From positions 42,691-106,690 of the forward strand of contig CAYQEE010000002.1 in assembly GCA_964416445.1 (NCBI GenBank): a DNA stretch of 64,000 nt, written 5' to 3'. The notes under the pieces are model-generated. The model ran no database searches. It saw only the letters and a program-made list of their open reading frames with translations, and was not told the DNA's origin. A program made the translations under genes and the position numbers. This DNA comes from an uncultured Gammaproteobacteria bacterium. Lineage in GTDB: Bacteria > Patescibacteriota > Microgenomatia > Levybacterales > UBA12049. Shown here one piece after another: positions 44,431 to 53,685 of this stretch (positions within the stretch are counted from its first letter, which is position 1; every line of letters starts with the position of its first letter).

Positions 44431-45348
44431 TTACTTACTTCTAATCCACCGTTCAATATCTAATGCAGCCATACATCCATATCCTGCAGCAGTGACTGCC
44501 TGCCTATATTGTTCATCTTCAACATCGCCTGATACAAAGATCCCTTCTATATTTGTTCGTGTTCCATTTTGAGCTCGGATATAATTATGTTCATTCAATT
44601 CTACTCCTTTGAATATTCTTGTATTTGGCATATGACCAATAGCAACAAAAACACCATCAATAGGTATTTCAGTAGTTTTATTTGTTTTATTATTGAAGAG
44701 TTTTACTTTTTCCACTTTATTTTCCCCCAAAATTTCTTTTATTTCTGTATTATAGAGAATATTAATCTTTGGATGTTTTTTTATTTTATCCTGCATAATT
44801 TGACTTGCACGAAAATCATCCTTTCTATGAATAACCGTAACATGATTAGCAACTCCTGCCAAAACAAGTGCTTCTTCCATCGCACTATCTCCTCCCCCAA
44901 CTACAATAACATTTTTATTGCGAAAAAACGGTGCATCACAGGGAGCACAAGAAGATACTCCTCTCCCTATTTTCTCTGCTTCACCAGGAACGCAAAGCCA
45001 TTTTGTATCTGCTCCGGTAGCAATGAGGACAGATTTTGATTTATATGTTTTCCCTTCAACGATCACCGAGAACGGCCCACCACTCTGTTTACTAAAATCA
45101 GTTTCGGGTAAATCAGCGTCTATAAACTTTGCTCCATGATGTTCTGCCTGTTTACGCATCGCAGCCATTAATTCAGGTCCTTGTATTCCTTCAGGAAATC
45201 CTGGAAAATTTTCAACAAGGGTAGTGAGCATTAATTGGCCTCCCCACTTTAAGCCAGCAATTACAAGAGTTTCCAAATTTGCTCGAGTGGTATAGATCGC
45301 CGCCGTAAGGCCTGCAGGACCTGATCCAATTATAATAACATCAAACAT
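44431..45348 (-). CDS. trxB: Thioredoxin-disulfide reductase
   Basis: FAD-binding GSGPAGLTAA. Redox-active CAPC (SCAPCDAPFF). NADPH-binding GGGDSAMEEA. Confidence 0.9.
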   Translation of the reverse strand: MFDVIIIGSGPAGLTAAIYTTRANLETLVIAGLKWGGQLMLTTLVENFPGFPEGIQGPELMAAMRKQAEHHGAKFIDADLPETDFSKQSGGPFSVIVEGKTYKSKSVLIATGADTKWLCVPGEAEKIGRGVSSCAPCDAPFFRNKNVIVVGGGDSAMEEALVLAGVANHVTVIHRKDDFRASQIMQDKIKKHPKINILYNTEIKEILGENKVEKVKLFNNKTNKTTEIPIDGVFVAIGHMPNTRIFKGVELNEHNYIRAQNGTRTNIEGIFVSGDVEDEQYRQAVTAAGYGCMAALDIERWIRSK

Positions 45349-45370
45349 ACACTAATAACTTAATCTGGAA

Positions 45371-45697
45371 TTAATTATTGAGGATTTCATCAATTGCTTT
45401 TTTAAGTACTTCTTTTCCTTGGGCACCAATAAGTGTCTTGACTACTTTACCTTTTTTGAAGAAGGCAAGCGTAGGAATACTCATAACACCATACGTAGAA
45501 GCTGTTTGTTGATTTTCATCAACATTTAATTTCCCAACAACTATTTTATCTCCATATTCTTTTGCAAGTTCTTCTATAATTGGTCCAACAATTCTGCATG
45601 GCCCACACCAAGGAGCCCAAAAATCTACTAGCACTGGTTTATCAGAATTTAGTACTGTTTGTTGAAAATTTTGATCGCTTACAACTAAATCAGCCAT
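45371..45697 (-). CDS. trxA: Thioredoxin
   Basis: 108 aa. WAPWCGPCR active site. Confidence 0.9.
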   Translation of the reverse strand: MADLVVSDQNFQQTVLNSDKPVLVDFWAPWCGPCRIVGPIIEELAKEYGDKIVVGKLNVDENQQTASTYGVMSIPTLAFFKKGKVVKTLIGAQGKEVLKKAIDEILNN

Positions 45698-45789
45698 GTA
45701 TTATTTATACTCCTAATAAGGTACTTCTGCAAGTGGTTAAATTACATACTAACTTACTATTCGGTATGTTTCTTTGAGTTGAAAATGTA

Positions 45790-47361
45790 TTATTCTAAAT
45801 CTTCTCTTTTTGCATGAAGATAAACAAATAATTCCTCAAAAAAGCCGAAAATAACTTTAAATGGAGCTTCTATAAGAAAATCAAAGATAAAGATAAGAAT
45901 ATTAATTTGAGAAATTCCATCAGTTAATCTCATACCGACTTTAATAATTGGTAAGAAAAGAATATCTATAAAAGGCGTTAATAACCCTTGCCCATTTTCT
46001 ACTGTATAAGCTTGTGCGGTTAGATTAATTCGATAAGATAGAAACGAAACAATTGTTATGAAAAAGATAAATACTGTTTGACTTACTGGATTAAAATTCA
46101 ATTTCGTTAATACCCAAATCATTAATCCAAAACTTAAACCAAAGAAAAGAATCCATAATAATGCAAAAATGCTAGTAGTAAGTGATCTTGTCTTTTTTGG
46201 TTTAATATACAATGTTAAATTCGGTGAAAGTTTCGGATGCTCTTCAAAAAGAATTGAGCGTGCTTTTGCTAAAATTCTTCGGGAATTAGATAACCCTGGT
46301 GTTTTAATAAAAAAGCTAACAATTATCATGAGTAATGGAGGGGCAGCTATATTAATAATTAATCCTGTCCAAATAATATGGCCATAGGTAATTCTGTCAT
46401 ATGTTCCTTCAACCGCAAATGCAAAAATAACTTTTGTTAAAAGTAAAAAGAAAACACTTCGAACAATCGCAGTTCGAACTTTAGAAGATATACTTTTATA
46501 CCGAGCATTACAAGCTGCAAAAATTGCTGAACCAAATTTTTCTTGATTTTCAATTAACGCAGGTATCGCATCTTTATGGGCATGTAATATATCCTCTAGA
46601 ATAAAAAACGTCGGAGTCTGTCTCTTTACAAATACATAAATTTTCTCTTTAAGTTGATAACTCAATTGATAGTTTATTTCTTTATATCCTCTCAAAAAAT
46701 TCTTTGCAATTTCATCTACACTACTCTCATTTAAAGGAGGAAAAATTTGTAAGAACAAATGATAGCGAAGAAATGCTAAATCATCTTTCGCTAACGCCCG
46801 ATGAACAGCAATAAAAACTTGAACATTCTTCGTATCTTCCGTATCATCCACGATCTCGATATGTTCTTTTAAAATATGATACATAAAATTATTCATTGCA
46901 TCTTTATCTTTATTTGGGTTTAATTCTTTAGCAATTTGACAAGACATTAATTGAAACATCCACGTATTGAGAGTTTTATCGGGAATTTTATGATAAGACA
47001 AAATTTTCTCTTTTAATTCAAGATATCTATCAATAACATGGGACGTCCGAATAATTAAACTTTGAGGAAGACTATTATCCGGAAAATATCGAGCCCAAAC
47101 AAGTTCACGAAGCAAAGGTTCTGCATTTTTTGCTCCTGATCCTCCTAGTAATAATCTTCTTTTCAAAATACGTTCTATAGCATTTTTCAAAATGATTTCT
47201 TCTTCTTGATAATCCATAGCATTTCTCAATTTTTCATACCAAGATGCTAATTCAGAAACGAAACGATTGACGGAAATTTTAGGATCTGTATTGATTTCAG
47301 ATTTTGATTGGAAAATGCTTATTACGGCACGTGCAAGAGGAGAAAGCTGTTGTACATTCAT
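45790..47361 (-). CDS. Hypothetical protein with ~300-aa soluble N-terminal domain and C-terminal multi-TM region
   Basis: 523 aa. Hydrophobic helices in the last ~200 aa. No motif recognised. Confidence 0.5.
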   Translation of the reverse strand: MNVQQLSPLARAVISIFQSKSEINTDPKISVNRFVSELASWYEKLRNAMDYQEEEIILKNAIERILKRRLLLGGSGAKNAEPLLRELVWARYFPDNSLPQSLIIRTSHVIDRYLELKEKILSYHKIPDKTLNTWMFQLMSCQIAKELNPNKDKDAMNNFMYHILKEHIEIVDDTEDTKNVQVFIAVHRALAKDDLAFLRYHLFLQIFPPLNESSVDEIAKNFLRGYKEINYQLSYQLKEKIYVFVKRQTPTFFILEDILHAHKDAIPALIENQEKFGSAIFAACNARYKSISSKVRTAIVRSVFFLLLTKVIFAFAVEGTYDRITYGHIIWTGLIINIAAPPLLMIIVSFFIKTPGLSNSRRILAKARSILFEEHPKLSPNLTLYIKPKKTRSLTTSIFALLWILFFGLSFGLMIWVLTKLNFNPVSQTVFIFFITIVSFLSYRINLTAQAYTVENGQGLLTPFIDILFLPIIKVGMRLTDGISQINILIFIFDFLIEAPFKVIFGFFEELFVYLHAKREDLE

Positions 47362-47598
47362 ATATTTGGATTATAGCATGATTACGGTATAAATTTAATT
47401 TTAAACAAGTATCCTATCATAGAGTAAGAGATAAGAACAATATAAATTGACAAACTAATAAGTAAGTTACTCTATATTCTATACTATTAATATAGTAAGA
47501 AAACGGAGAAAAATGGTGTTTTGCACCTCTTTTCCTTACTCTCTTCAATATTGCATATTGACAAACATTTGCGAATGTTTTTATACTAGAGCCTAACA

Positions 47599-48561
47599 AT
47601 GCCTAGAAAGAAAAAAGTTTTATCGGAAGAAATAACAAAAGATTCTCCTCCGATCTCCTCACAAAATATCCGATTGGAAAATAATAAAGAGTGTTGTAAT
47701 AATTGTGGCAAATGTGAAAATTGCCTTCATCCAATGGGAAATATTAAAAATTATACTCCTCTCCTTATGCTTCTTCTCATTGTATCTTCTTTTTTGCTCG
47801 GAATGTTACTAACAAAATTAGGATATCTAGAATCAAATGGAAGCTACCCTACAACCACGAGTGGAACAACGGGAACAAATCAACAAGCACAAAATCCAAC
47901 ATCTGCACCAAAACCTCTTCATGTTGCACAGGCAACAGGTATGGATGCAACAGCATTCAAAAAATGTCTTGATTCAGATAAGTATGCTCAGCAAGTTGCT
48001 GCAGATCTGTCTGATGGTCAAAAAGCAGGTGTAACGGGAACCCCTGCTTTCTTTATTGATGGTCTCTCATTAGTTGGTGCACAACCATATACTGTATTTC
48101 AACAAACCATAAATCAAGAATTAGCAGGATCACGTGCTAATACTCCTAATATTTTTTCTCAGTTAAGCGCAGCATTGAGTATGAAAGCATATGCTCAAAC
48201 TGTTACTGATACAACGACACCAACTCCAGCAGCAAGAGTTAATGTAACGGTTGGTCCATTTCCAGTTCTTGGAAATCCAAATGCTCCGGTAACAATTATC
48301 GAATATGCTGATTTTCAATGTCCTTTTTGTAAAGAAGCGTTCACTACAGTTGAACCTAATATAATAAAAGATTATGTAAATACGGGAAAAGCTAAATTTG
48401 CGTTTAAAAATTACGCCTTCTTAGGCCCTGAATCTATCGTTGCAGCAGAGGGTGCCTATTGTGCAAATGATCAAGGTAAATTTTGGGCATACCATAATTT
48501 TTTATATCAACACCAAGGTGCAGAAAGTTCAGGACAGTTCACGAAGACAAACTTAGAGTAA
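47599..48561 (+). CDS. Membrane-anchored DsbA/BdbD-like thiol-disulfide oxidoreductase with apparently circularly permuted thioredoxin fold and a cytoplasmic Cys-rich N-terminus
   Basis: N-terminus CCNNCGKCENC, then one TM. Next comes the segment normally C-terminal in DsbA (…MDATAFKKCLDSDKYAQQVAADLSDGQKAGVTGTPAFFIDG…, the cis-Pro loop region). It is followed by the segment normally N-terminal (…APVTIIEYADFQCPFCKEAF…GKAKFAFKNYAFLGPESIVAAEGAYCANDQGKFWAYHNFL…). The ORF ends right after. Confidence 0.6.
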   Translation: MPRKKKVLSEEITKDSPPISSQNIRLENNKECCNNCGKCENCLHPMGNIKNYTPLLMLLLIVSSFLLGMLLTKLGYLESNGSYPTTTSGTTGTNQQAQNPTSAPKPLHVAQATGMDATAFKKCLDSDKYAQQVAADLSDGQKAGVTGTPAFFIDGLSLVGAQPYTVFQQTINQELAGSRANTPNIFSQLSAALSMKAYAQTVTDTTTPTPAARVNVTVGPFPVLGNPNAPVTIIEYADFQCPFCKEAFTTVEPNIIKDYVNTGKAKFAFKNYAFLGPESIVAAEGAYCANDQGKFWAYHNFLYQHQGAESSGQFTKTNLE

Positions 48562-48581
48562 TATAAATTACTCCTACTTAC

Positions 48582-49145
48582 ATGCGCATGCCCACATGGA
48601 AAGAACTAATTATACGAGAATTCTTCTCTTTTAAAGCCCTCTTGCTTATTCCTTTTTTTACACTTCTCTATGCTACCTTATCAGTAGTTCTTCTCAATTA
48701 TCGTTTTATTTATCAAATTTTCAGTGAAAATTTTCAGCTACATTATAAAATAAATCTATTACTAGCACTCTTTTCTGGCTTATGGACAACATTATCACTA
48801 AATGACTTTATTCTCTTTGTAATAAATGCCCTTCTTGTAGGTATCAATTGTTATCTAATATTAAAAACCTTTTACTCATTAGAACATGACGGAGCTGTCA
48901 AGTTTTCAATAGGTGGGGCAACACTTATTGGATTAGTGACTACGGGTTGCACTTCTTGTGGACTATCGTTATTGTCATTATTAGGTTTATCGACATCTTT
49001 CTCACTTCTCCCTTTTCATGGTTTAGAATTACATCTGGTTGCTATTACGGTCTTACTGATCTCATTAGTATATATGACAAAAAAATTATACGCAGTTCAT
49101 TCCTGTAAACTACATTCAACTAAAAAGTTGACCGATATATCCTGA
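48582..49145 (+). CDS. Small polytopic membrane protein with intramembrane CxxC (GCTSCG)
   Basis: 187 aa with about 5 TM helices. CTSC lies at the start of a helix and a further Cys is in INCYLI. It sits next to the DsbA-like gene. A DsbB/VKOR-like partner role is speculative. Confidence 0.4.
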   Translation: MRMPTWKELIIREFFSFKALLLIPFFTLLYATLSVVLLNYRFIYQIFSENFQLHYKINLLLALFSGLWTTLSLNDFILFVINALLVGINCYLILKTFYSLEHDGAVKFSIGGATLIGLVTTGCTSCGLSLLSLLGLSTSFSLLPFHGLELHLVAITVLLISLVYMTKKLYAVHSCKLHSTKKLTDIS

Positions 49146-49198
49146 TTTGTCCTTGGATAACTAACGAGAAGAGATAATATGGTAAAATACAAGGACCA

Positions 49199-50335
49199 AT
49201 GAAAAAAACAATAATATTTTTTGTATTATTTATTGCTCTTCTTTTCATTGCTCAGCCACTCTTTGCACAATCATCTCCGCTCTCTGAACAACCTCTCGCT
49301 CAACAAGAGTATTTTGTGAAAGGAAAAGTTATCCAAATTATAAAAGAGAGTTACCAACAAGTTGATGGATATAATACTCTTACGCAAGTTGTTAAAGTAC
49401 AAATCCTTGAAGGCCCTCAAACAAATAAGATTGTTACTATTCAAAGAGGAAGTGATGTTAGACTAACCTCATCGCAAAAAATTGATGCAGGTACAACAGT
49501 TATTCTCGATGTTCTTAATGGCACAGGAACAGGAGCCCAATACAGTATTAGTGATACTTACCGGTTAAATTACCTACTCTATATTGGTATTGCTTTCTTC
49601 TTTGTTACATTACTTTTTACTGGAAAAAAAGGGCTAGGAGCAATCATCGGTTTACTTATTAGTTTACTCACCATTATGCTCTATATTGTTCCGCAAATTT
49701 TACATCACCAAAATCCCCTCATTGCAAGTTTGGTTGGATCTCTGATTATACTTATTGTAACTACCTATTTAGCTCATGGAATTTCAAAACAAACAAGCAT
49801 TGCAGTACTATCGACATTTTTTTCTCTCATTGGTGCTGTTATCTTTGCAATCATTTGTGTGAATATCGCCAGACTCGCAGGATTAGGTACGGAAGATTCC
49901 TATCTTCTGGAATTGAACCCAACACAGGCAATTGATCCAAAAGGATTACTTCTCGGAGGCATTTTAATAGGAACATTAGGAGCGCTTAATGATATTACGA
50001 CAACACAAGTAGCTGCGATATTTACGTTATTCAAACATAATAAGAAACTAAACTTCTTACAGTTAGCTGAACAAGGTTTTCTAATAGGTCGAGAACATAT
50101 TCTTTCATTAGTTAATACGCTCGTACTGGCATACGCGGGAACATCATTAACTATATTTATTTTCTTCGCCCTTAATCCTTCTCATCTTCCTTGGTGGGTA
50201 ATTATTAATAACGAATCTGTTGCAGAGGAAATAGTGAGGACAATTGCCGGGAGTGCCGGTCTTATTCTTGCTGTTCCAATTACTTCCTTTCTTGCTGCGT
50301 GGATCGCGACGAGAGAAGGATTAAAAGAAAGCTAA
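49199..50335 (+). CDS. YibE/F-like integral membrane protein (signal peptide + soluble domain + multi-TM)
   Basis: 378 aa. Signal MKKTIIFFVLFIALLFIAQPLFAQ. ~110-aa extracytoplasmic domain, then 6-7 TM helices. The architecture fits the YibE/F family. The family call is tentative. Confidence 0.4.
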   Translation: MKKTIIFFVLFIALLFIAQPLFAQSSPLSEQPLAQQEYFVKGKVIQIIKESYQQVDGYNTLTQVVKVQILEGPQTNKIVTIQRGSDVRLTSSQKIDAGTTVILDVLNGTGTGAQYSISDTYRLNYLLYIGIAFFFVTLLFTGKKGLGAIIGLLISLLTIMLYIVPQILHHQNPLIASLVGSLIILIVTTYLAHGISKQTSIAVLSTFFSLIGAVIFAIICVNIARLAGLGTEDSYLLELNPTQAIDPKGLLLGGILIGTLGALNDITTTQVAAIFTLFKHNKKLNFLQLAEQGFLIGREHILSLVNTLVLAYAGTSLTIFIFFALNPSHLPWWVIINNESVAEEIVRTIAGSAGLILAVPITSFLAAWIATREGLKES

Positions 50336-50607
50336 GGAACTTTAATAACAAAGTCTACAAATTCTTCTCCTGTATCATCCCATGAAACAGCAACATTATG
50401 AACTTCTGAAAGAAAAGGACCTTGCTTGCAGAACTCAATGAGCTGGTGAACTTTATCTTTATCTCCGAATGCAATTGCTTCCACACTTCCATCAGGAAGA
50501 TTACGAACCCAACCGTTTATCTGTAAACTCCTTGCTTTCCGCTTTACAGACTGACGAAACCCTACTCCTTGCACAAAACCTGTAATGAGAATATGAGCTG
50601 CTTGCAT
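50332..50607 (-). CDS. acyP: Acylphosphatase
   Basis: 91 aa. ITGFVQGVGFRQS…GWVRNLPDGSVE matches the acylphosphatase signatures. Confidence 0.8.
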   Translation of the reverse strand: MQAAHILITGFVQGVGFRQSVKRKARSLQINGWVRNLPDGSVEAIAFGDKDKVHQLIEFCKQGPFLSEVHNVAVSWDDTGEEFVDFVIKVP

Positions 50608-50644
50608 TGCAATTCGCTATTATTACGTTTCTATTTTACTAAAT

Positions 50645-50944
50645 TTAAAATAAACCCTTTTGACTTATCACTGAATCTACCGGTTTTTTTTGCTCTAATT
50701 TTAATTGTTTCAGTTTCCACATAAAGAGAGCACCTTTATTTCGAGCATTACTATCAATAGCAAAAGATAATGCTTTTTCTAATAGAGAACGATGCATAGT
50801 CTTTGAGAGTTTAATATAGAGGCTTTTATGCTTCATATCATCTAAATTTTCAGCTAAGTAGATGCCAAAAGTTTGAAATTCACGAGAAACATATTTATCA
50901 GTAGTTGGATTAAACTTTTTAAGAATATTTCCAATTTGTTGCAT
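50645..50944 (-). CDS. Hypothetical protein (99 aa)
   Basis: ORF only. Confidence 0.35.
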   Translation of the reverse strand: MQQIGNILKKFNPTTDKYVSREFQTFGIYLAENLDDMKHKSLYIKLSKTMHRSLLEKALSFAIDSNARNKGALFMWKLKQLKLEQKKPVDSVISQKGLF

Positions 50945-51015
50945 AAACCTACTTAGTAGTATAAGTTAAAAATTGGACAAATGCTAGTCTAGGTTACTAA
51001 GAAAAAGGTAAGAAA

Positions 51016-51645
51016 TTACTTCGTGTTAAATCTATTCATAGCAGCAGTTAAGTCGACATCTAAACCCATCATAATAGCTTTAGAGGCATGTTTAAGCATC
51101 TCTCGAACTTTAGCATGATCTTGACCAGAAAACATATCCAAAACATAATGTTCAACACCACTATGTTGACTTTCACCTGGTCTGCCGATTCCCATACGAA
51201 ATCTCCAAAATTTATCTGTACCGATATTATCAATTATAGACATTACTCCTCTGTGGCCTGCTGACGCTCCTCCTAAGCGTATTCTCATACTACCAACAGG
51301 AAAATCAACATCATCATGAATTACCCAAATATCTTCTTCAGAGATTTTATAAAAGTTTGCTAACAACTTTACCGCCATACCTGAATTATTCATAAATGTT
51401 TTTGGTTTTGCAAGAATCACTTTTTGTGCTGAGCTATTCTCTGGCTGCCATTCAATTTCGGCAATATCACTTTTAAATTTCTCGTTGTTATTCCAAACAG
51501 TTTGCTTTGTTGGTTCAAAATCTTTAAGAAACTGCTCTAGTACCATAAATCCTACATTATGACGCGTTTTCTCATATTGTTTACCTGGGTTCCCTAAACC
51601 AACAATCAATTTCATATCGGTACTAGTATATGTCGAGAAAGACAA
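51016..51645 (-). CDS. pth: Peptidyl-tRNA hydrolase
   Basis: MKLIVGLGNPGKQYEKTRHNVGF and …HDDVDFPVGSMRIRLGGASAGHRG Pth signatures. The true start is possibly the internal Met. Confidence 0.9.
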   Translation of the reverse strand: MSFSTYTSTDMKLIVGLGNPGKQYEKTRHNVGFMVLEQFLKDFEPTKQTVWNNNEKFKSDIAEIEWQPENSSAQKVILAKPKTFMNNSGMAVKLLANFYKISEEDIWVIHDDVDFPVGSMRIRLGGASAGHRGVMSIIDNIGTDKFWRFRMGIGRPGESQHSGVEHYVLDMFSGQDHAKVREMLKHASKAIMMGLDVDLTAAMNRFNTK

Positions 51646-51718
51646 AAATGCAATAAAAACCCTAAAGAGTACTTTCCATTTTTTTGAAAAATACTCTTTA
51701 TGTTTCTCTGCTCAGCCT

Positions 51719-52177
51719 TCATTTATAATATTGCTTAATTTGATATAACAAATAAAAAGCAGCTAATGATATTAGTATTCCTAAGAGTGATATGGATAGA
51801 ATTGATGATATGATACTAACTACATTACTCCAAAATAAAAGTTTCCATCCTTGATACACTCTTTTTTTTGTACCTGGAAATGATGCCAGCAATAAAATAT
51901 AAGTAATAAGGCCAAGTATACCACTGACAATTATTCCCGTTCCTCCCAAAAATGCAAAAGCAGGCAAAACAAATGGATAATATAACGTTAACAGACTATA
52001 TTTTATCGTTATACATAATCCTAAGATACCAAGAATTAACGTGATCCATGGAATAATATTGATTATTGCCTCTTTTGAGTTCTTTGAGAGAGGAGGAAGC
52101 ATTAAGAACCACTCTTCGAAAGAAGATTCCCAATTCTTAACTTTTTTTCTCTGTGAGCTATTTTTTGTAACTCCCAT
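51719..52177 (-). CDS. Hypothetical membrane protein (152 aa, ~4 TM)
   Basis: ORF plus hydrophobic helices. Confidence 0.4.
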   Translation of the reverse strand: MGVTKNSSQRKKVKNWESSFEEWFLMLPPLSKNSKEAIINIIPWITLILGILGLCITIKYSLLTLYYPFVLPAFAFLGGTGIIVSGILGLITYILLLASFPGTKKRVYQGWKLLFWSNVVSIISSILSISLLGILISLAAFYLLYQIKQYYK

Positions 52178-52276
52178 CTTTATTCACCTCCTTACCCTTT
52201 TATAAACGGAAAAAGTATTACTTCTTTAGTATGCAGGATATCAATGAAAAAAAACAAGTAATAATTTGCGGTTAAC

Positions 52277-53635
52277 TTATAAATCTAATCCTAACTGTGT
52301 TTTATCATCATGGGACTCCTTCTCATTAGATGGAACTTCATGCCATATTTTTACAGTTCCATAAACCCCATCAAAACCAGGTTTAATCATAATATTACCT
52401 TCTCTAACTTTTTGTATACCCTCTGCAATTTTTTCTCCAGCTACTTTCTTTATTTTTTTAAGTGGTGTATTTAGTAAAATATTTATTTCTGTATCTAGTT
52501 CATTGCACATTTTATTAAATAACGATTGAGCTTTTAAGCTACTTACTCGAGTTCCCACACCCTCTGCCACAATTTCCAAGAGTGGAACCATTTTTACAAA
52601 GGGTGGATGTTTTTTCTGAGGATCTATAAACCACGTCAATCCAGAAATATTTGGTTCTTTCTTACTCCGAGGATTTTCATTCGCAAGTTCTTGAACTCGA
52701 CGCATAACACCATCAGTAACTTTTCTTTTGCAAACTGGACAAATTCCATGGTGTACCTGTTGATCTTCAGGTGTCATGATAACATTACATTTTCTATGGC
52801 CAGAATAATGATACTTTCCTTCTTCAGGATAGAATTCAAAAGTATAAAGCACCTTGTTTTCAACTTTTTTTCCTTTACTTTTGAGATAGGGCTCCATCAC
52901 TGCTTCTCTAATAGCAGTATAACTAAAATTATTAAGAATAAAGATAGTTGCTTCCCGTCCCATTTTTGCTGGAGAATGGGCATCTGAGAAAGAAAGAATA
53001 GATCGTGTATTCAGCTCAGCAATTTGCCAATTCATTTCTGGATCGCTTGATAATCCTGTCTCTATGCCGTAAACATAATCGCTTAAGTCAGCGAAACCTT
53101 CTTGTAGTGATTGAAACCCTGAATTCATTCCATACAAACCAAACCAGGGAGTCCAGATATGACAAGGAATTAAAAGACACCTATCATCTATCCCTAATAC
53201 CATCTCTAATAGATCCCGAGAAGATAGACCAAGGATAGGTCTCCCATCCGAAGATATATTATAGCCTCTTTTCATCAATTCTTTATTAATCTTTTCTGCA
53301 GACTCAAAACTTGGACTCCACAGCAGATTATGTATTCTTCTTCCCTTTCCTGCTTGAGAATAAATATTAGAAACTTCCACTGATAGAAGAAATCGAGTAT
53401 TCTTCTGTTGTTCTGTTGGTTTTTTTATCTTGAAAATACCTTCTTCAGATTCAACAAGATTGGTACGCAGTTCTTGAAACCATTGAGGATGTGTCCAGTC
53501 TCCAGTAGCTAATAAATCTATCCCTTTCTGTTTAGCTACTTGGGCCATAGTAGAAATGACCATATTTTTTGAAACTGCCTGTGAATATTTTGAATGAAGA
53601 TGTAAATCAGCTATTACTTGCATATTGTACTCCAT
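52277..53635 (-). CDS. PHP-domain nuclease, endonuclease Q-like (TIGR00375-type), with C-terminal zinc finger
   Basis: PHP motifs ADLHLHSKYS, DWTHP, CHIWTPWF, SDAHSP. C-terminal CNV…HHGICPVCKRK Cys cluster. Length 452 aa is as in EndoQ. Confidence 0.5.
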   Translation of the reverse strand: MEYNMQVIADLHLHSKYSQAVSKNMVISTMAQVAKQKGIDLLATGDWTHPQWFQELRTNLVESEEGIFKIKKPTEQQKNTRFLLSVEVSNIYSQAGKGRRIHNLLWSPSFESAEKINKELMKRGYNISSDGRPILGLSSRDLLEMVLGIDDRCLLIPCHIWTPWFGLYGMNSGFQSLQEGFADLSDYVYGIETGLSSDPEMNWQIAELNTRSILSFSDAHSPAKMGREATIFILNNFSYTAIREAVMEPYLKSKGKKVENKVLYTFEFYPEEGKYHYSGHRKCNVIMTPEDQQVHHGICPVCKRKVTDGVMRRVQELANENPRSKKEPNISGLTWFIDPQKKHPPFVKMVPLLEIVAEGVGTRVSSLKAQSLFNKMCNELDTEINILLNTPLKKIKKVAGEKIAEGIQKVREGNIMIKPGFDGVYGTVKIWHEVPSNEKESHDDKTQLGLDL

Positions 53636-53685
53636 TCATGAAGTAGCACATGATTCACAAAGAAAAGTAAGCACTACAATACTAA

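Noticed and set aside
44569-45139. Plus-strand ORFs 44569..45039 and 44918..45139
   Set aside because: They are antisense to the well-supported trxB gene.
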